In this document: positions 20,961 through 29,560 of the stretch, piece after piece
Position numbering within the stretch: the stretch's first letter is position 1
Layout: every line of letters starts with the position of its first letter
Source: Longimicrobiales bacterium
GTDB taxonomy: Bacteria > Gemmatimonadota > Gemmatimonadetes > Longimicrobiales > Gaopeijiaceae
Direction: 5' to 3'
DNA length: 64,000 nt
Assembly: GCA_965202805.1 (NCBI GenBank)
Contig: OZ241869.1
Span: forward strand, 160,001 to 224,000
Made by a program: the position numbers and the translations under genes
The notes under the pieces: generated by a model
What the model was told of the DNA's origin: nothing
Database searches by the model: none
What the model saw: only the letters and a program-made list of their open reading frames with translations

Positions 20961-21688
20961 CGAATCTCCCGAAGCTTGATGTTGCGGAACCACACGCGGT
21001 TCCCGTGATCCTGCAGGCCGATGTGCCCCCGTGCCGCCTGACCGTACTCCGGCCACTCGACGAACTTGCTGGCCGCCACCTTCGCCCTCCAGTCGTCGCT
21101 GTCCAACTCGTACTCCACCACCTTCTCACCGTTGAGCCAGTGCTCGACCCCGCTTCCCCGCACGAGAATCCGGACCTCGTTCCACTCCTCTGCGGGACGC
21201 ACGATCCCCCTCGGCACCCCGTGCAGCGCGTAGTTGGCGCCCGCGCTGGTGAGCGGGCTGCGTCCGTCGGCGTGCCCCGCGTCGTCCAGCACCTGCAGCT
21301 CCGGCGCGCTGTGGAAGATCTCCTCGGCCCCCGGCGCGGCGCGGTAGAAGATGCCCGAGTTTCCCCCGGGTTCGACCTTCCATTCCACCGTCAGCTCGAA
21401 GTCCTCGAAGATGTCGTCGGTGATGATGGAGCGTCCTCCGCGCACGTGGGCGAGCGCCCCGTCCTCCACGACCCAGCCTCCCGTCATGGCCTCGCCGTCG
21501 TAACGCCGCCAGCCATCGAGCGAGCGCCCGTCGAAGAGCAGCCGCCACCCCGCCTCCAGTTCGACGGCGGTGAGCGTGTTGTGCTCCTGGGCGGCGGAGG
21601 GAGCCACAAGTCCGGCCGCCGCGAAGAAAGTACCGTAAAGCCCCACGGCGAAAACTCCGCGGCAGGTGGCCATCCGTAGACCCGTCAT
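20957..21688 (-). CDS. DUF1080 (3-keto-disaccharide hydrolase/lyase) protein
   Basis: Signal peptide; [42 protein letters not shown]. Confidence 0.9.
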   Translation of the reverse strand: MTGLRMATCRGVFAVGLYGTFFAAAGLVAPSAAQEHNTLTAVELEAGWRLLFDGRSLDGWRRYDGEAMTGGWVVEDGALAHVRGGRSIITDDIFEDFELTVEWKVEPGGNSGIFYRAAPGAEEIFHSAPELQVLDDAGHADGRSPLTSAGANYALHGVPRGIVRPAEEWNEVRILVRGSGVEHWLNGEKVVEYELDSDDWRAKVAASKFVEWPEYGQAARGHIGLQDHGNRVWFRNIKLREIR

Positions 21689-23172
21689 ATGCTCCATCCC
21701 TCCCGGTACTCGCGCACGAGGTACTGGTTGGCCTTCTCGTGGTTGGTGACGCGCATGTTGGCCGCGTCGTACTCGATGCGCTCCCCCTGGCCCGCGCGCA
21801 GCGCGACCAGCCCCAGCAGCATGGTCTCGGTGAGCGGCGCCGCATACGAGAACGGGGAGGTCGCCTCGCCGATTCCCTTGCAGGCGTCCGCCCAGTTCAT
21901 CTCGTGGGTGCCCTCTATGCGCGGGTAGATCGGCGGCACCGCGTCCGCCTCCTCCTGCAACTCCTCCGGATACACCTTCGGGTTGCGGCCGTAGGTCTCG
22001 TGCAGCAGCAGCCCGCGCTCGCCCACGAAGAGCACGCCGCCGCCGCGATCCAGCGGCACCTCGTCCGGGAGCCATTGATGGCGTCTGGGCATCAGCCCGC
22101 CGTCGTACCAGTGCATGTCGACGGGGGGCAGGAGGCCGCGACGCCCGAACTCGAAGTGCACCTTGGTGGCGACCGGATACGACACCGGGTCCTCCACGGG
22201 ACCGCCCCAGGGGGTGGAGGTCGCCTCGATCGCGTGGGGCAGCCCGAGGTCCAGCGCCCAGAACGGATGGTCGATCAGGTGCGCCCCCATGTCGCCCAGC
22301 GCCCCCACCCCGAAGTCGACCCAGCCGCGCCAGTGAAAGGGGTGGTACATCGGGTGGTACGGTACCTCGCGCGCGATCGGCCCCAGATACAGGTCCCAGT
22401 GAAGGTTCGCGGGTGCGCTGAAGTCGGCCCACAGCCCCGCCGCGACCGCTTCCTGCGCCGATCCGGGCCACCACGAGCGGTCGGGGTCGGCAATGCTGGC
22501 GTCGTCGGGCAGCGCCGCCGGGCGCGGCAGCCCCTGCATCCAGATCGGGCGGTTGGTCCACACTTGGACCTCGCGCACCACCCCGATCACCCCGGCCTGC
22601 ACCCACTCGTTGACCAGGCGCGCCTCGTCGTTGGAGTGGCCCTGGTTGCCCATCTGGGTGACCACGCCGGTCGACTCCGCAAGCCGGCCGAGTGCGCGGG
22701 CCTCGTGCACCGACCAGGTCAGGGGCTTCTGCACGTACACATGCTTGCCCGCCCGCATGGCGGCCCCGGCGATGACCGCGTGTGTGTGGTCGGGGGTCGC
22801 GACCAGCACCGCATCGACTTCGTCCTCCCGCTCCAGCATGACGCGGAAGTCGGTGTACTTGCGCGCCGCGGCGTACTGCTCCTTCCAGCGGACTCCGGGT
22901 TCGCGCGGGTTCCCGTCGCGGTCCACCGAGCGTTCCTCGACCTTGTTCTCCACCAGCCGATGATCGACGTCGCACACCGCGACGATGCGCTCGCTGCCGA
23001 GCTCCTGGGCGTTCTCGGCGCCCATTCCGCCCGCGCCCACGATCGCGATCGCCAGGGTGTCGCTGGGCGCCTGGTATCCGGGTCCTCCCAGGACGTGGCG
23101 CGGAACCACCGTGGCGCCCATCGCCAGAGCGGCGCCTCCCGATACGAACTCTCTGCGCGTGATGTCGGTCAT
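21685..23172 (-). CDS. Tat-exported Gfo/Idh/MocA oxidoreductase
   Basis: [43 protein letters not shown]. Confidence 0.9.
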   Translation of the reverse strand: MTDITRREFVSGGAALAMGATVVPRHVLGGPGYQAPSDTLAIAIVGAGGMGAENAQELGSERIVAVCDVDHRLVENKVEERSVDRDGNPREPGVRWKEQYAAARKYTDFRVMLEREDEVDAVLVATPDHTHAVIAGAAMRAGKHVYVQKPLTWSVHEARALGRLAESTGVVTQMGNQGHSNDEARLVNEWVQAGVIGVVREVQVWTNRPIWMQGLPRPAALPDDASIADPDRSWWPGSAQEAVAAGLWADFSAPANLHWDLYLGPIAREVPYHPMYHPFHWRGWVDFGVGALGDMGAHLIDHPFWALDLGLPHAIEATSTPWGGPVEDPVSYPVATKVHFEFGRRGLLPPVDMHWYDGGLMPRRHQWLPDEVPLDRGGGVLFVGERGLLLHETYGRNPKVYPEELQEEADAVPPIYPRIEGTHEMNWADACKGIGEATSPFSYAAPLTETMLLGLVALRAGQGERIEYDAANMRVTNHEKANQYLVREYREGWSI

Positions 23173-23422
23173 CGGGCCGTCTGCCCTCCCTGTGGTCTCG
23201 AAGTGCTCGATTATCGGAATCGAAAGCCATCGCTCGGGCAACATCGCGGAGCGACCCTCGATTCGCCACTTCCGACGTCGCGCCGGCGCCCCTTCGCTCG
23301 TCCTCTGCATCACTCGCCCGCGCATCTCCTCCCAATGCCGGAGGCGGGGTCCCGGGCGACCCCGCTTGCCAATCCGGCGCGCCATCCCAAGGATTCGCGG
23401 CAACAACCACGGGAGCCGACGC

Positions 23423-23587
23423 ATGAGCAGCCAGCCATCCGCAAAGGACTACCAGCGCATTGCCCGCGAGATCGCCAGCGACGCCAGCCCGGTCGGGATC
23501 GATGCGAAGAAGACGCACGTGATGATCCTCTACAAGCTGGAGGAGATCGAGCGGCGACTCGCGGCGCTGGAAGCGCGCGCCGGGTGA
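23423..23587 (+). CDS. Small hypothetical protein (54 aa, C-terminal coiled coil)
   Basis: GGAG RBS; GC3-biased codons; stop overlaps next GTG (GTGA). Confidence 0.65.
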   Translation: MSSQPSAKDYQRIAREIASDASPVGIDAKKTHVMILYKLEEIERRLAALEARAG

Positions 23588-24075
23588 AGCCTCCGCGCAA
23601 GGCCTTCACCCTCGACGAGGCCAACGCCCTGTTGCCCGCGCTCGAGACCGTCCTCGACGATATCGCCGGCTCGCGCGAGGAGCTTGAGGGCCACGTCGAG
23701 CAGCTCAAGATCCTCGAGGTGCTCTGGGGGCGCCTGGTGATGGCCCCCACCAACCCGGATCACGCCGAGTTCCTCAAGCATCGCGAAGGCGCGGGGCGTG
23801 CCGGGGCGCGCATTCGGCGCTGCATCGAAGAGGAGATCCTGGGGAGAGGCATCCGGTTCCCGGCGGGAGGACTGGAACATGGCCTTCTCGACTTTCCGAC
23901 CACGTTCGAGGGGCGATGGGTGTACCTGTGCTGGCGCCGCGGGGAGCCGCGCATCTCGCAGTGGCACGAGGTGAACGCCGGATTCGCCGGACGCCGTCCG
24001 ATCCGCGCCCACGAAGCCGCGCGCATGGGCATCGACGGTCCCGGCGACGTCGATGACTCGGTGCTGGATTTCTGA
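23584..24075 (+). CDS. DUF2203 family protein
   Basis: FTLDEANALLP, GLLDFP, VYLCWRRGE, WHEVNAGFAGRRPI. Confidence 0.85.
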   Translation: MKPPRKAFTLDEANALLPALETVLDDIAGSREELEGHVEQLKILEVLWGRLVMAPTNPDHAEFLKHREGAGRAGARIRRCIEEEILGRGIRFPAGGLEHGLLDFPTTFEGRWVYLCWRRGEPRISQWHEVNAGFAGRRPIRAHEAARMGIDGPGDVDDSVLDF

Positions 24076-24101
24076 GGCCCCCAAGGACGCCAGGACTTCC
24101 C

Positions 24102-25490
24102 ATGGATCTCGTTCCCCGCCGGGCCAACCTGGCCAGCATGGTGCGCCTGGCGCTCCCCATCGTGGGGGTGCAGGTGGGGATGATGCTGATGGGCGTCGTG
24201 GACACGATAATGGTCGGCCGGCTGTCGGCGACCGACCTCGCCGCCGTGGCGCTCGGCAACGTCTACTTCTACACCATCGCGGTCTTCGGCAACGGCATGC
24301 TGATGGCGCTCGACCCCATCGTGGCGCAGGCGGTGGGCGCGAACGACGCGGAATCGGTCGCGCGCGGCATCCAGCGCGGCTTCGTGCTCACGTTCTTCCT
24401 GGCCCTGATCGCGTCGCTGCTCTTCCTGCCCTCCGGCACGGTGTTCGTATGGCTGCGGCAGCCGGAGGACGTGGTGCCGGTCGGGGCTGGCTACATCTTC
24501 GGCTCAATCCCCGGGATGCTTCCCTTCTACGCCTTCGTGGTGCTGCGCCAGAGCCTGCAGGCCATGGGCCGGGTGTCGTCCATCGTGTGGACCATCGTCG
24601 CCGCCAACCTCCTGAACGTGTTCCTCAACTGGGTGCTCATCTTCGGCAACCTGGGCTTCCCGCAGATGGGCGCGGTGGGATCGGCCTGGGGATCCAGCGT
24701 GGCGCGCTGGTTCATGGCCGCGCTCCTGCTCGCGCTCTCCTGGCGCGTCGTCAGGCCGTACCTGGCGCGCATCCGGCGCGAGGCCTTCGACGTGTTCGCC
24801 CTCGGGCGCATGATTCGTCTGGGGACTCCGCTCGGATTCCAGCAGCAGCTCGAGTTCGGGGCCTTCTCGCTGATCGGCGTGATGATGGGCTGGCTGGGCA
24901 CCGTGACCATGGCCGGTCACCAGGTGGCGCTCAATCTGGCGGCGCTCGCCTTCATGGTCCCGCTGGGGATCGCGGGCGCGGCGGCGGTGCTGGTGGGACG
25001 GGCGGTCGGCCGGGAGGACATGGTGGAGGCGCGGCGGGCCGCCGGGGCGGGGACCCTGCTGGGCGGGGGGTTCATGGTCCTGACCGCGTGCCTGTTCCTG
25101 GGCGCGCCCGGGTTGCTGGCCCGGGTCTACACCGCGGACGCGGGGGTCATCGCGGTCGCGGTCGCCCTCCTCCCCATCGCGGGGATCTTCCAGGTCGCGG
25201 ACGGCCTGCAGGCGGTGGCGGCGGGGGTGCTGCGCGGCGCGGGCGACACCCGCTCGCCCTTCATCTTCAACGCGCTCGGCTTCTGGGTGTTCGGGATCCC
25301 GGTCAGCGCCGCGCTCGCCTTCGGTGCGGACATGGGCGCGCGCGGCCTGTGGTGGGGCCTGGCCGCGGGGCTGGGTGCGGTCGCGATCCTGCTCTTCATC
25401 CGCGTCCGCCGCCTGCTGGCGCGCGGGGTCGGGCGGGTGCTGATCGACGATCCGGGGGTTCCGGCCGCGCCCCGCAAGCGCGTGGCATGA
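24102..25490 (+). CDS. MATE family efflux transporter (NorM-like)
   Basis: VDTIMVGRL, AGHQVAL, FQVADGLQ, GVLRGAGDTR. Confidence 0.9.
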   Translation: MDLVPRRANLASMVRLALPIVGVQVGMMLMGVVDTIMVGRLSATDLAAVALGNVYFYTIAVFGNGMLMALDPIVAQAVGANDAESVARGIQRGFVLTFFLALIASLLFLPSGTVFVWLRQPEDVVPVGAGYIFGSIPGMLPFYAFVVLRQSLQAMGRVSSIVWTIVAANLLNVFLNWVLIFGNLGFPQMGAVGSAWGSSVARWFMAALLLALSWRVVRPYLARIRREAFDVFALGRMIRLGTPLGFQQQLEFGAFSLIGVMMGWLGTVTMAGHQVALNLAALAFMVPLGIAGAAAVLVGRAVGREDMVEARRAAGAGTLLGGGFMVLTACLFLGAPGLLARVYTADAGVIAVAVALLPIAGIFQVADGLQAVAAGVLRGAGDTRSPFIFNALGFWVFGIPVSAALAFGADMGARGLWWGLAAGLGAVAILLFIRVRRLLARGVGRVLIDDPGVPAAPRKRVA

Positions 25491-26092
25491 ACCGCCTGCC
25501 TCTCTTCCCGCTCGACGTCGTCCTCTTCCCCGGGGAACTGCTCCCGCTCCACATCTTCGAGCCCCGCTACCGCCGCATGGTGGCGCGCTGCCTCGAGACC
25601 GACCGGCGCTTCGGGCTCATCTACCACGACTCCGACCGCTCCGGCCCGTTTCTCATCGAGGAGGGGCGGGTGGGCGCGCTGGCCGGGATCGAACGGCATC
25701 ACGGGCTCGAGGACGGCCGCTCCTTCATCCTGGTGAAGGGCATGGGCCGCTTCGCAATTCACGACGGGCTCGAGTCCGGCGAGCCGTACTACGATGCCGT
25801 GGTCACGGAGTACGGGGACCAGCCGGGCCCGCGGCCCGGGCTGACGGCGCGGCGCCAGGCTTCCATCGATCTCTTTCGCGCCGCGGTCTCCGCCCTCCGG
25901 CGCCCATCCCCCGCGTCGCCGGATTTCGATGCGAACGACGAAGTGTCGTTTCGACTGGCCGCGTTCGTGCAGGTGGATCCCGAGTGGCGGCAGGATCTTC
26001 TGGAGATGCGCGACGAGGAAGCCCGCCTGACGCGGCTCGACGAGGTCTTCGAGCAGGTGATCGCGCAGTGGGCGTCGGAGGCGGAGGAGTGA
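25487..26092 (+). CDS. Lon peptidase substrate-binding (Lon-N) domain protein
   Basis: LPLFPLDVVLFPGELLPLHIFEPRYRRMV; ATGA overlap with MATE stop. Confidence 0.9.
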   Translation: MNRLPLFPLDVVLFPGELLPLHIFEPRYRRMVARCLETDRRFGLIYHDSDRSGPFLIEEGRVGALAGIERHHGLEDGRSFILVKGMGRFAIHDGLESGEPYYDAVVTEYGDQPGPRPGLTARRQASIDLFRAAVSALRRPSPASPDFDANDEVSFRLAAFVQVDPEWRQDLLEMRDEEARLTRLDEVFEQVIAQWASEAEE

Positions 26093-26105
26093 TGGCGAGC
26101 GGGGT

Positions 26106-26207
26106 CGTCTTGCGTTTTCGCGTTCGTTCGCTCCTCCGTCTTGCGCCCGCGTCTTTGTTCGCCTTGGCGTCTTACGATATCGGGATCGATCGCATCTGCG
26201 TCTTGCG
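26106..26207. repeat. Four copies of CGTCTT(G/A)CG at exact 31-bp period
   Basis: Copies start at 26106, 26137, 26168 and 26199; 22-nt partly conserved spacers. Confidence 0.7.
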
Positions 26208-26210
26208 CCG

Positions 26211-26900
26211 ATGACCGAACCCCGACTCTCCACGCGCCACATCCGGGTCGCGCGCACGGCCCGCTATTACACGATGGGCGGCGGGAGCGTCGGCGTCGAC
26301 GAAGCCTGGTTCGTCCTGCACGGCTACCGGCAGGCGGCCCGCCGCTTCGCACGGCGCTTCGAGGTCCTGGATGCCCCCGAGCGGATCGTCGTGGTCCCCG
26401 AGGCTCTCTCGCGCTTCTACGTGGACCCGAGCCCGGGCAGGCACGGCCCCGAGCACCGCGTCGGGGCCAGCTGGATGACGCGAGAGGACCGGGACAGCGA
26501 GATCGCGGACTACGTGGCGTACCTGGACACCCTCACGGCCGAGGTGGCCGCCACGGCCGCGCCGTCCGTCCGCCGCCGCGTCGTGCTGGGATTCTCCCAG
26601 GGGGCGCACACGGCGTCCCGGTGGGTCGTGCTGGGGCGGGTGGCCGCGCGGGAGTTGGTGTTGTGGGGCGCTGGCTTCGCCACGGACCTGATCCCGGATG
26701 CCCTGGCCGCCGGGCTCGACGGTGTGCGCGTCACCTTCGTGCGAGGCGAGCGCGACAAGTTCCGCGACAGGAGGGAGGAGGAAGCTCAGGAGGCGTTGTT
26801 GAAGGAACTCGGCATTCCGTTCGACATCCTCCTCTTCCCAGGCGAGCACGAGATCGCGCCGGAGCCGCTGCTGGACCTGGCGTCCGGGAGGCCGGATTGA
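26211..26900 (+). CDS. Alpha/beta hydrolase (phospholipase/carboxylesterase)
   Basis: LHGY, GASWMTREDR, GFSQG nucleophile elbow, D and H (GERD, GEHE). Confidence 0.9.
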   Translation: MTEPRLSTRHIRVARTARYYTMGGGSVGVDEAWFVLHGYRQAARRFARRFEVLDAPERIVVVPEALSRFYVDPSPGRHGPEHRVGASWMTREDRDSEIADYVAYLDTLTAEVAATAAPSVRRRVVLGFSQGAHTASRWVVLGRVAARELVLWGAGFATDLIPDALAAGLDGVRVTFVRGERDKFRDRREEEAQEALLKELGIPFDILLFPGEHEIAPEPLLDLASGRPD

Positions 26901-26943
26901 GGTGCTCGTCCCGGTTCGCTCGTCGCAGTGCCAGCGCGGTCGT

Positions 26944-27243
26944 TCAGCGGATGAGCTCCCTCACCGGGCGTGGTGGAGCGGGCTCCATTCCCAGCCGAGC
27001 GTGCCAGTAGGCCCACGAGCGTGCGTCGAAGATCCCGGGCAGCGCGTCTCGCAACGCGCGGCGATAGTCGTCGTCGTCGTACCGCCGCTTCGCCACCGTG
27101 AGATCCTCGGGGGTACCGTAGACCATGAGGAAGTTGAGGAAGAACACGTCGTCGGCAAGCGTCGCCGCGGGTGGTTTGAACCACACGATGCGCCTGGCGA
27201 CCGCCGACAGGTCCGGACTGCGCGTGGAGGCCGGGGCCGTCAT
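26944..27243 (-). CDS. Small hypothetical protein, probable partner/antitoxin of the AbiEii-type NTase
   Basis: ATGA overlap with the NTase stop; ARRIVWF...YGT..D...PGIFDARSWAYWH. Confidence 0.7.
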   Translation of the reverse strand: MTAPASTRSPDLSAVARRIVWFKPPAATLADDVFFLNFLMVYGTPEDLTVAKRRYDDDDYRRALRDALPGIFDARSWAYWHARLGMEPAPPRPVRELIR

Positions 27244-27926
27244 GGTACACGAGGTCCCCGCCGCGGACTGGACGCCCCCAGTCCCGGGCGCGATTCGTAA
27301 CGCGGGACCGATGTGGGATCCACCCTGGCCGCAGCCTGAGAGAGACGCTTCCGAACCTCTGCGGGGAGCTCCGCCAGGTCCCCGTCATCGAAATATGTCA
27401 GGGCCTTGAGCGTCAGCATGGCATTGTATCGATCTCCGTGGATCGCCGCAGCCGCACTCAGCATCGACGCCAGGGGAACGTCCCCCAGCCGCATCAATGC
27501 GTCAACATCCATGTAATCCTTGGCCAGTGCGCGGCTTTGCACCACCTGGGCCTTGGTGCCGCCCAGATCGCGCAGGGAAGCGACCAGAATCCCGGCGCCC
27601 TCGGCTGTCTGCGGCGAATCGACATGGTTGAGCGATAGTCCGCCGAAGAAGGACACTCGCACGGGTCCGCCACGATCGACGACGCAGGTCAGCGTGTCAC
27701 GAGCCCGCTGAACCACCATCGCCTCGCTCAGGTACGGAATTCCGGTCAACAGGTCGTCGCCGACGAGAGGCTCGGCGGAGAAGAAGTCAAAATCTTCGGA
27801 TTCACGGTGGGCAAGCCGCAGCGCGATCGCCGTCCCGCCATACAGCACGAAACGACGAGGAGTCGCCCGCAACTCGGTCCACAGGCGGCGCTGGGGCGGC
27901 GGCAGGGCGTCGAGACGCGGATGCAT
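27240..27926 (-). CDS. AbiEii/AbiGii-type nucleotidyltransferase toxin
   Basis: FVLYGGTAIALRLAHRESEDFDFF; K...R...KDYMD. Confidence 0.9.
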   Translation of the reverse strand: MHPRLDALPPPQRRLWTELRATPRRFVLYGGTAIALRLAHRESEDFDFFSAEPLVGDDLLTGIPYLSEAMVVQRARDTLTCVVDRGGPVRVSFFGGLSLNHVDSPQTAEGAGILVASLRDLGGTKAQVVQSRALAKDYMDVDALMRLGDVPLASMLSAAAAIHGDRYNAMLTLKALTYFDDGDLAELPAEVRKRLSQAAARVDPTSVPRYESRPGLGASSPRRGPRVP

Positions 27927-28061
27927 GGCAATTCCCGAGTCGGTGTGCGGATGGACCCGTTAATCTATGCGGGCCAGGCCGCCGGTGCGCGGGGAAGGCG
28001 ACGGACCATGCCGTTTGCGGCCCGTCGGCTACCTGGTCACTGTTCGAGCGACGGTTGCCTC

Positions 28062-28802
28062 TCACCCGTCCTCCAGCTCCAGCCCCGCGAGCGGCACGTA
28101 GTGCTTCCGGTAGCACTTGCCGTCCGAATACCGGTCGCCCATCGAGTCCTCCACAAGCACCGTGGCGCGCTTGGTGACCCGGTTGACCCGCCCGGCGAGC
28201 CATTGCCCCCGGTAGAGGAAGCAAACCCGGGAACCGACGCGAATCCCGTGCCGCGCGGCCCGTTCCGCCCGCGTGATGAGCGTGTGGGTGTGGGTTTGGT
28301 GCCGGAAAAGGCGGTGAGCGAGTTCCTGGAAGGGGCGTGCCCCGCAGTTGCTCTTGCCAGTGCCGAGAAACTCCACGAGGTGGACGATCTCGTGCTCGAA
28401 GATCCGCTGCAGTGCCTCCAGGCGGTTCGCGCAGGGGATGCCGGCGACGCTGACTGCGGGGTCGCCGTCGGCAAAGCCGTTGAAGAGAACCTCGGTTGAG
28501 ACGGCGATTTCGTAGTCGCAGTTCCCGTCGGGGCGCAGGCGGCGGGCGGTCTGTCCCCCGGCACGGGTCATCCGCGAGGACAGGCGGAACACCAACGCTC
28601 CGGGCGCGAGCCTCCTGCGCGCGAAGCCCCCGAGAAAGCGCCGGTCGTAGGCGTCGAAGAGAAAGGCGAGATCGTCCGGATGGATGGCGGTGAAGTTGGG
28701 TTCGTCGATCCGGGAGGACGCGGCGACCAACTCGCGGCCGATCTCCCGGGTCCACGCATCGATCTGCTCGCGGCCGGGATCGGGTATTGCGAGTTGCGGC
28801 AT
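28062..28802 (-). CDS. SprT-like zinc metalloprotease with C-terminal SH3/KOW-like domain
   Basis: RLSSRMTRAGG, HEIVH zincin motif, C..RPFQ; start may be the ATG at 28823. Confidence 0.75.
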   Translation of the reverse strand: MPQLAIPDPGREQIDAWTREIGRELVAASSRIDEPNFTAIHPDDLAFLFDAYDRRFLGGFARRRLAPGALVFRLSSRMTRAGGQTARRLRPDGNCDYEIAVSTEVLFNGFADGDPAVSVAGIPCANRLEALQRIFEHEIVHLVEFLGTGKSNCGARPFQELAHRLFRHQTHTHTLITRAERAARHGIRVGSRVCFLYRGQWLAGRVNRVTKRATVLVEDSMGDRYSDGKCYRKHYVPLAGLELEDG

Positions 28803-28815
28803 ATCGTAGTACGAT
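28787..28815 (+). promoter_or_regulatory. sigma70 promoter with palindromic operator (leaderless vapBC)
   Basis: TTGCGA-N17-TACGAT; ATCGTA-G-TACGAT palindrome at 28803-28815; ATG 7 nt after the -10. Confidence 0.65.
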
Positions 28816-28821
28816 TGTGCC

Positions 28822-29088
28822 ATGAATGCCCTGTCTGTCAAGCTGCCCCACGACTTGCACGCGTCGCTCGCCAGTGAGGCGCGTCGTCGCAACGTAACCC
28901 GCTCCGCGCTGGTGCGGGACATCCTCGCCGAGGCTCTGGCTCGGGATGCGGAGGGACAGCTACCCAGTTGCGCCGAGCTTGCCGGCGATCTCGTCGGCGC
29001 GTTCCGAAGCGGCCGCAGCGACCTGGCGACCAACAAGGAGTTGCTCAGGGAGGCGATGCTCGCGGATGCAGCCGGCGGTCATCGTTGA
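28822..29088 (+). CDS. vapB: CopG/ribbon-helix-helix antitoxin
   Basis: LSVKLPxxLxxxLxxEARRRxxTRSALVRDIL; DLATNK; overlaps the PIN gene. Confidence 0.8.
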   Translation: MNALSVKLPHDLHASLASEARRRNVTRSALVRDILAEALARDAEGQLPSCAELAGDLVGAFRSGRSDLATNKELLREAMLADAAGGHR

Positions 29089-29491
29089 CACCGGGCCCAT
29101 CGTGGCTCTGCTCGACGCCGATGAAGCACATCACCGGTGGGCGCACCAGCAGTTCGAGTCACTGGCGCCTCCGCTGCTCACGGCCGAATCGGTGCTGTCC
29201 GAAGCGTGCTTCCTGCTCCGGCGCGTCGGCGGTGATTCAAGCCTGCCCGTGGCGCTTCTCCGTCGCGGTGTGCTGAGGGTGGTCGATGTCCTCGGAACGG
29301 CGGACGATGCCGACGCCGTGACCGCCCTCATTCGCCGGTACGCCAATGTGCCGATGTCCCTCGCCGACGCTTGCCTTGTGCGCATCCTCGAGCGGACGGA
29401 GAATGGTTCCATCATGACGCTGGATTCCGACTTCCACGTCTACCGTCAAGGTCGTCGAAGGACCATTCGGGTTCTGTCTCCGCAGTCGTGA
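29066..29491 (+). CDS. vapC: PIN-domain toxin
   Basis: VIVDTGP, VLSEA, MSLADA, TLDSDF acidic tetrad. Confidence 0.9.
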   Translation: MQPAVIVDTGPIVALLDADEAHHRWAHQQFESLAPPLLTAESVLSEACFLLRRVGGDSSLPVALLRRGVLRVVDVLGTADDADAVTALIRRYANVPMSLADACLVRILERTENGSIMTLDSDFHVYRQGRRRTIRVLSPQS

Positions 29492-29560
29492 CGGCGCGGC
29501 CGGCCGCCGTTACGTTCACGCGAGCAGCCGGGAACCAGCGAGCCGGATACGGAGGCCTCC

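Noticed and set aside
26106..26207. CRISPR array
   Set aside because: Repeat is only 9 nt, spacers are partly similar to each other, and no cas genes are present; kept as an unexplained periodic array
26901..29560. Mobile element boundaries around the TA patch
   Set aside because: No integrase or transposase and no convincing terminal or target-site repeats
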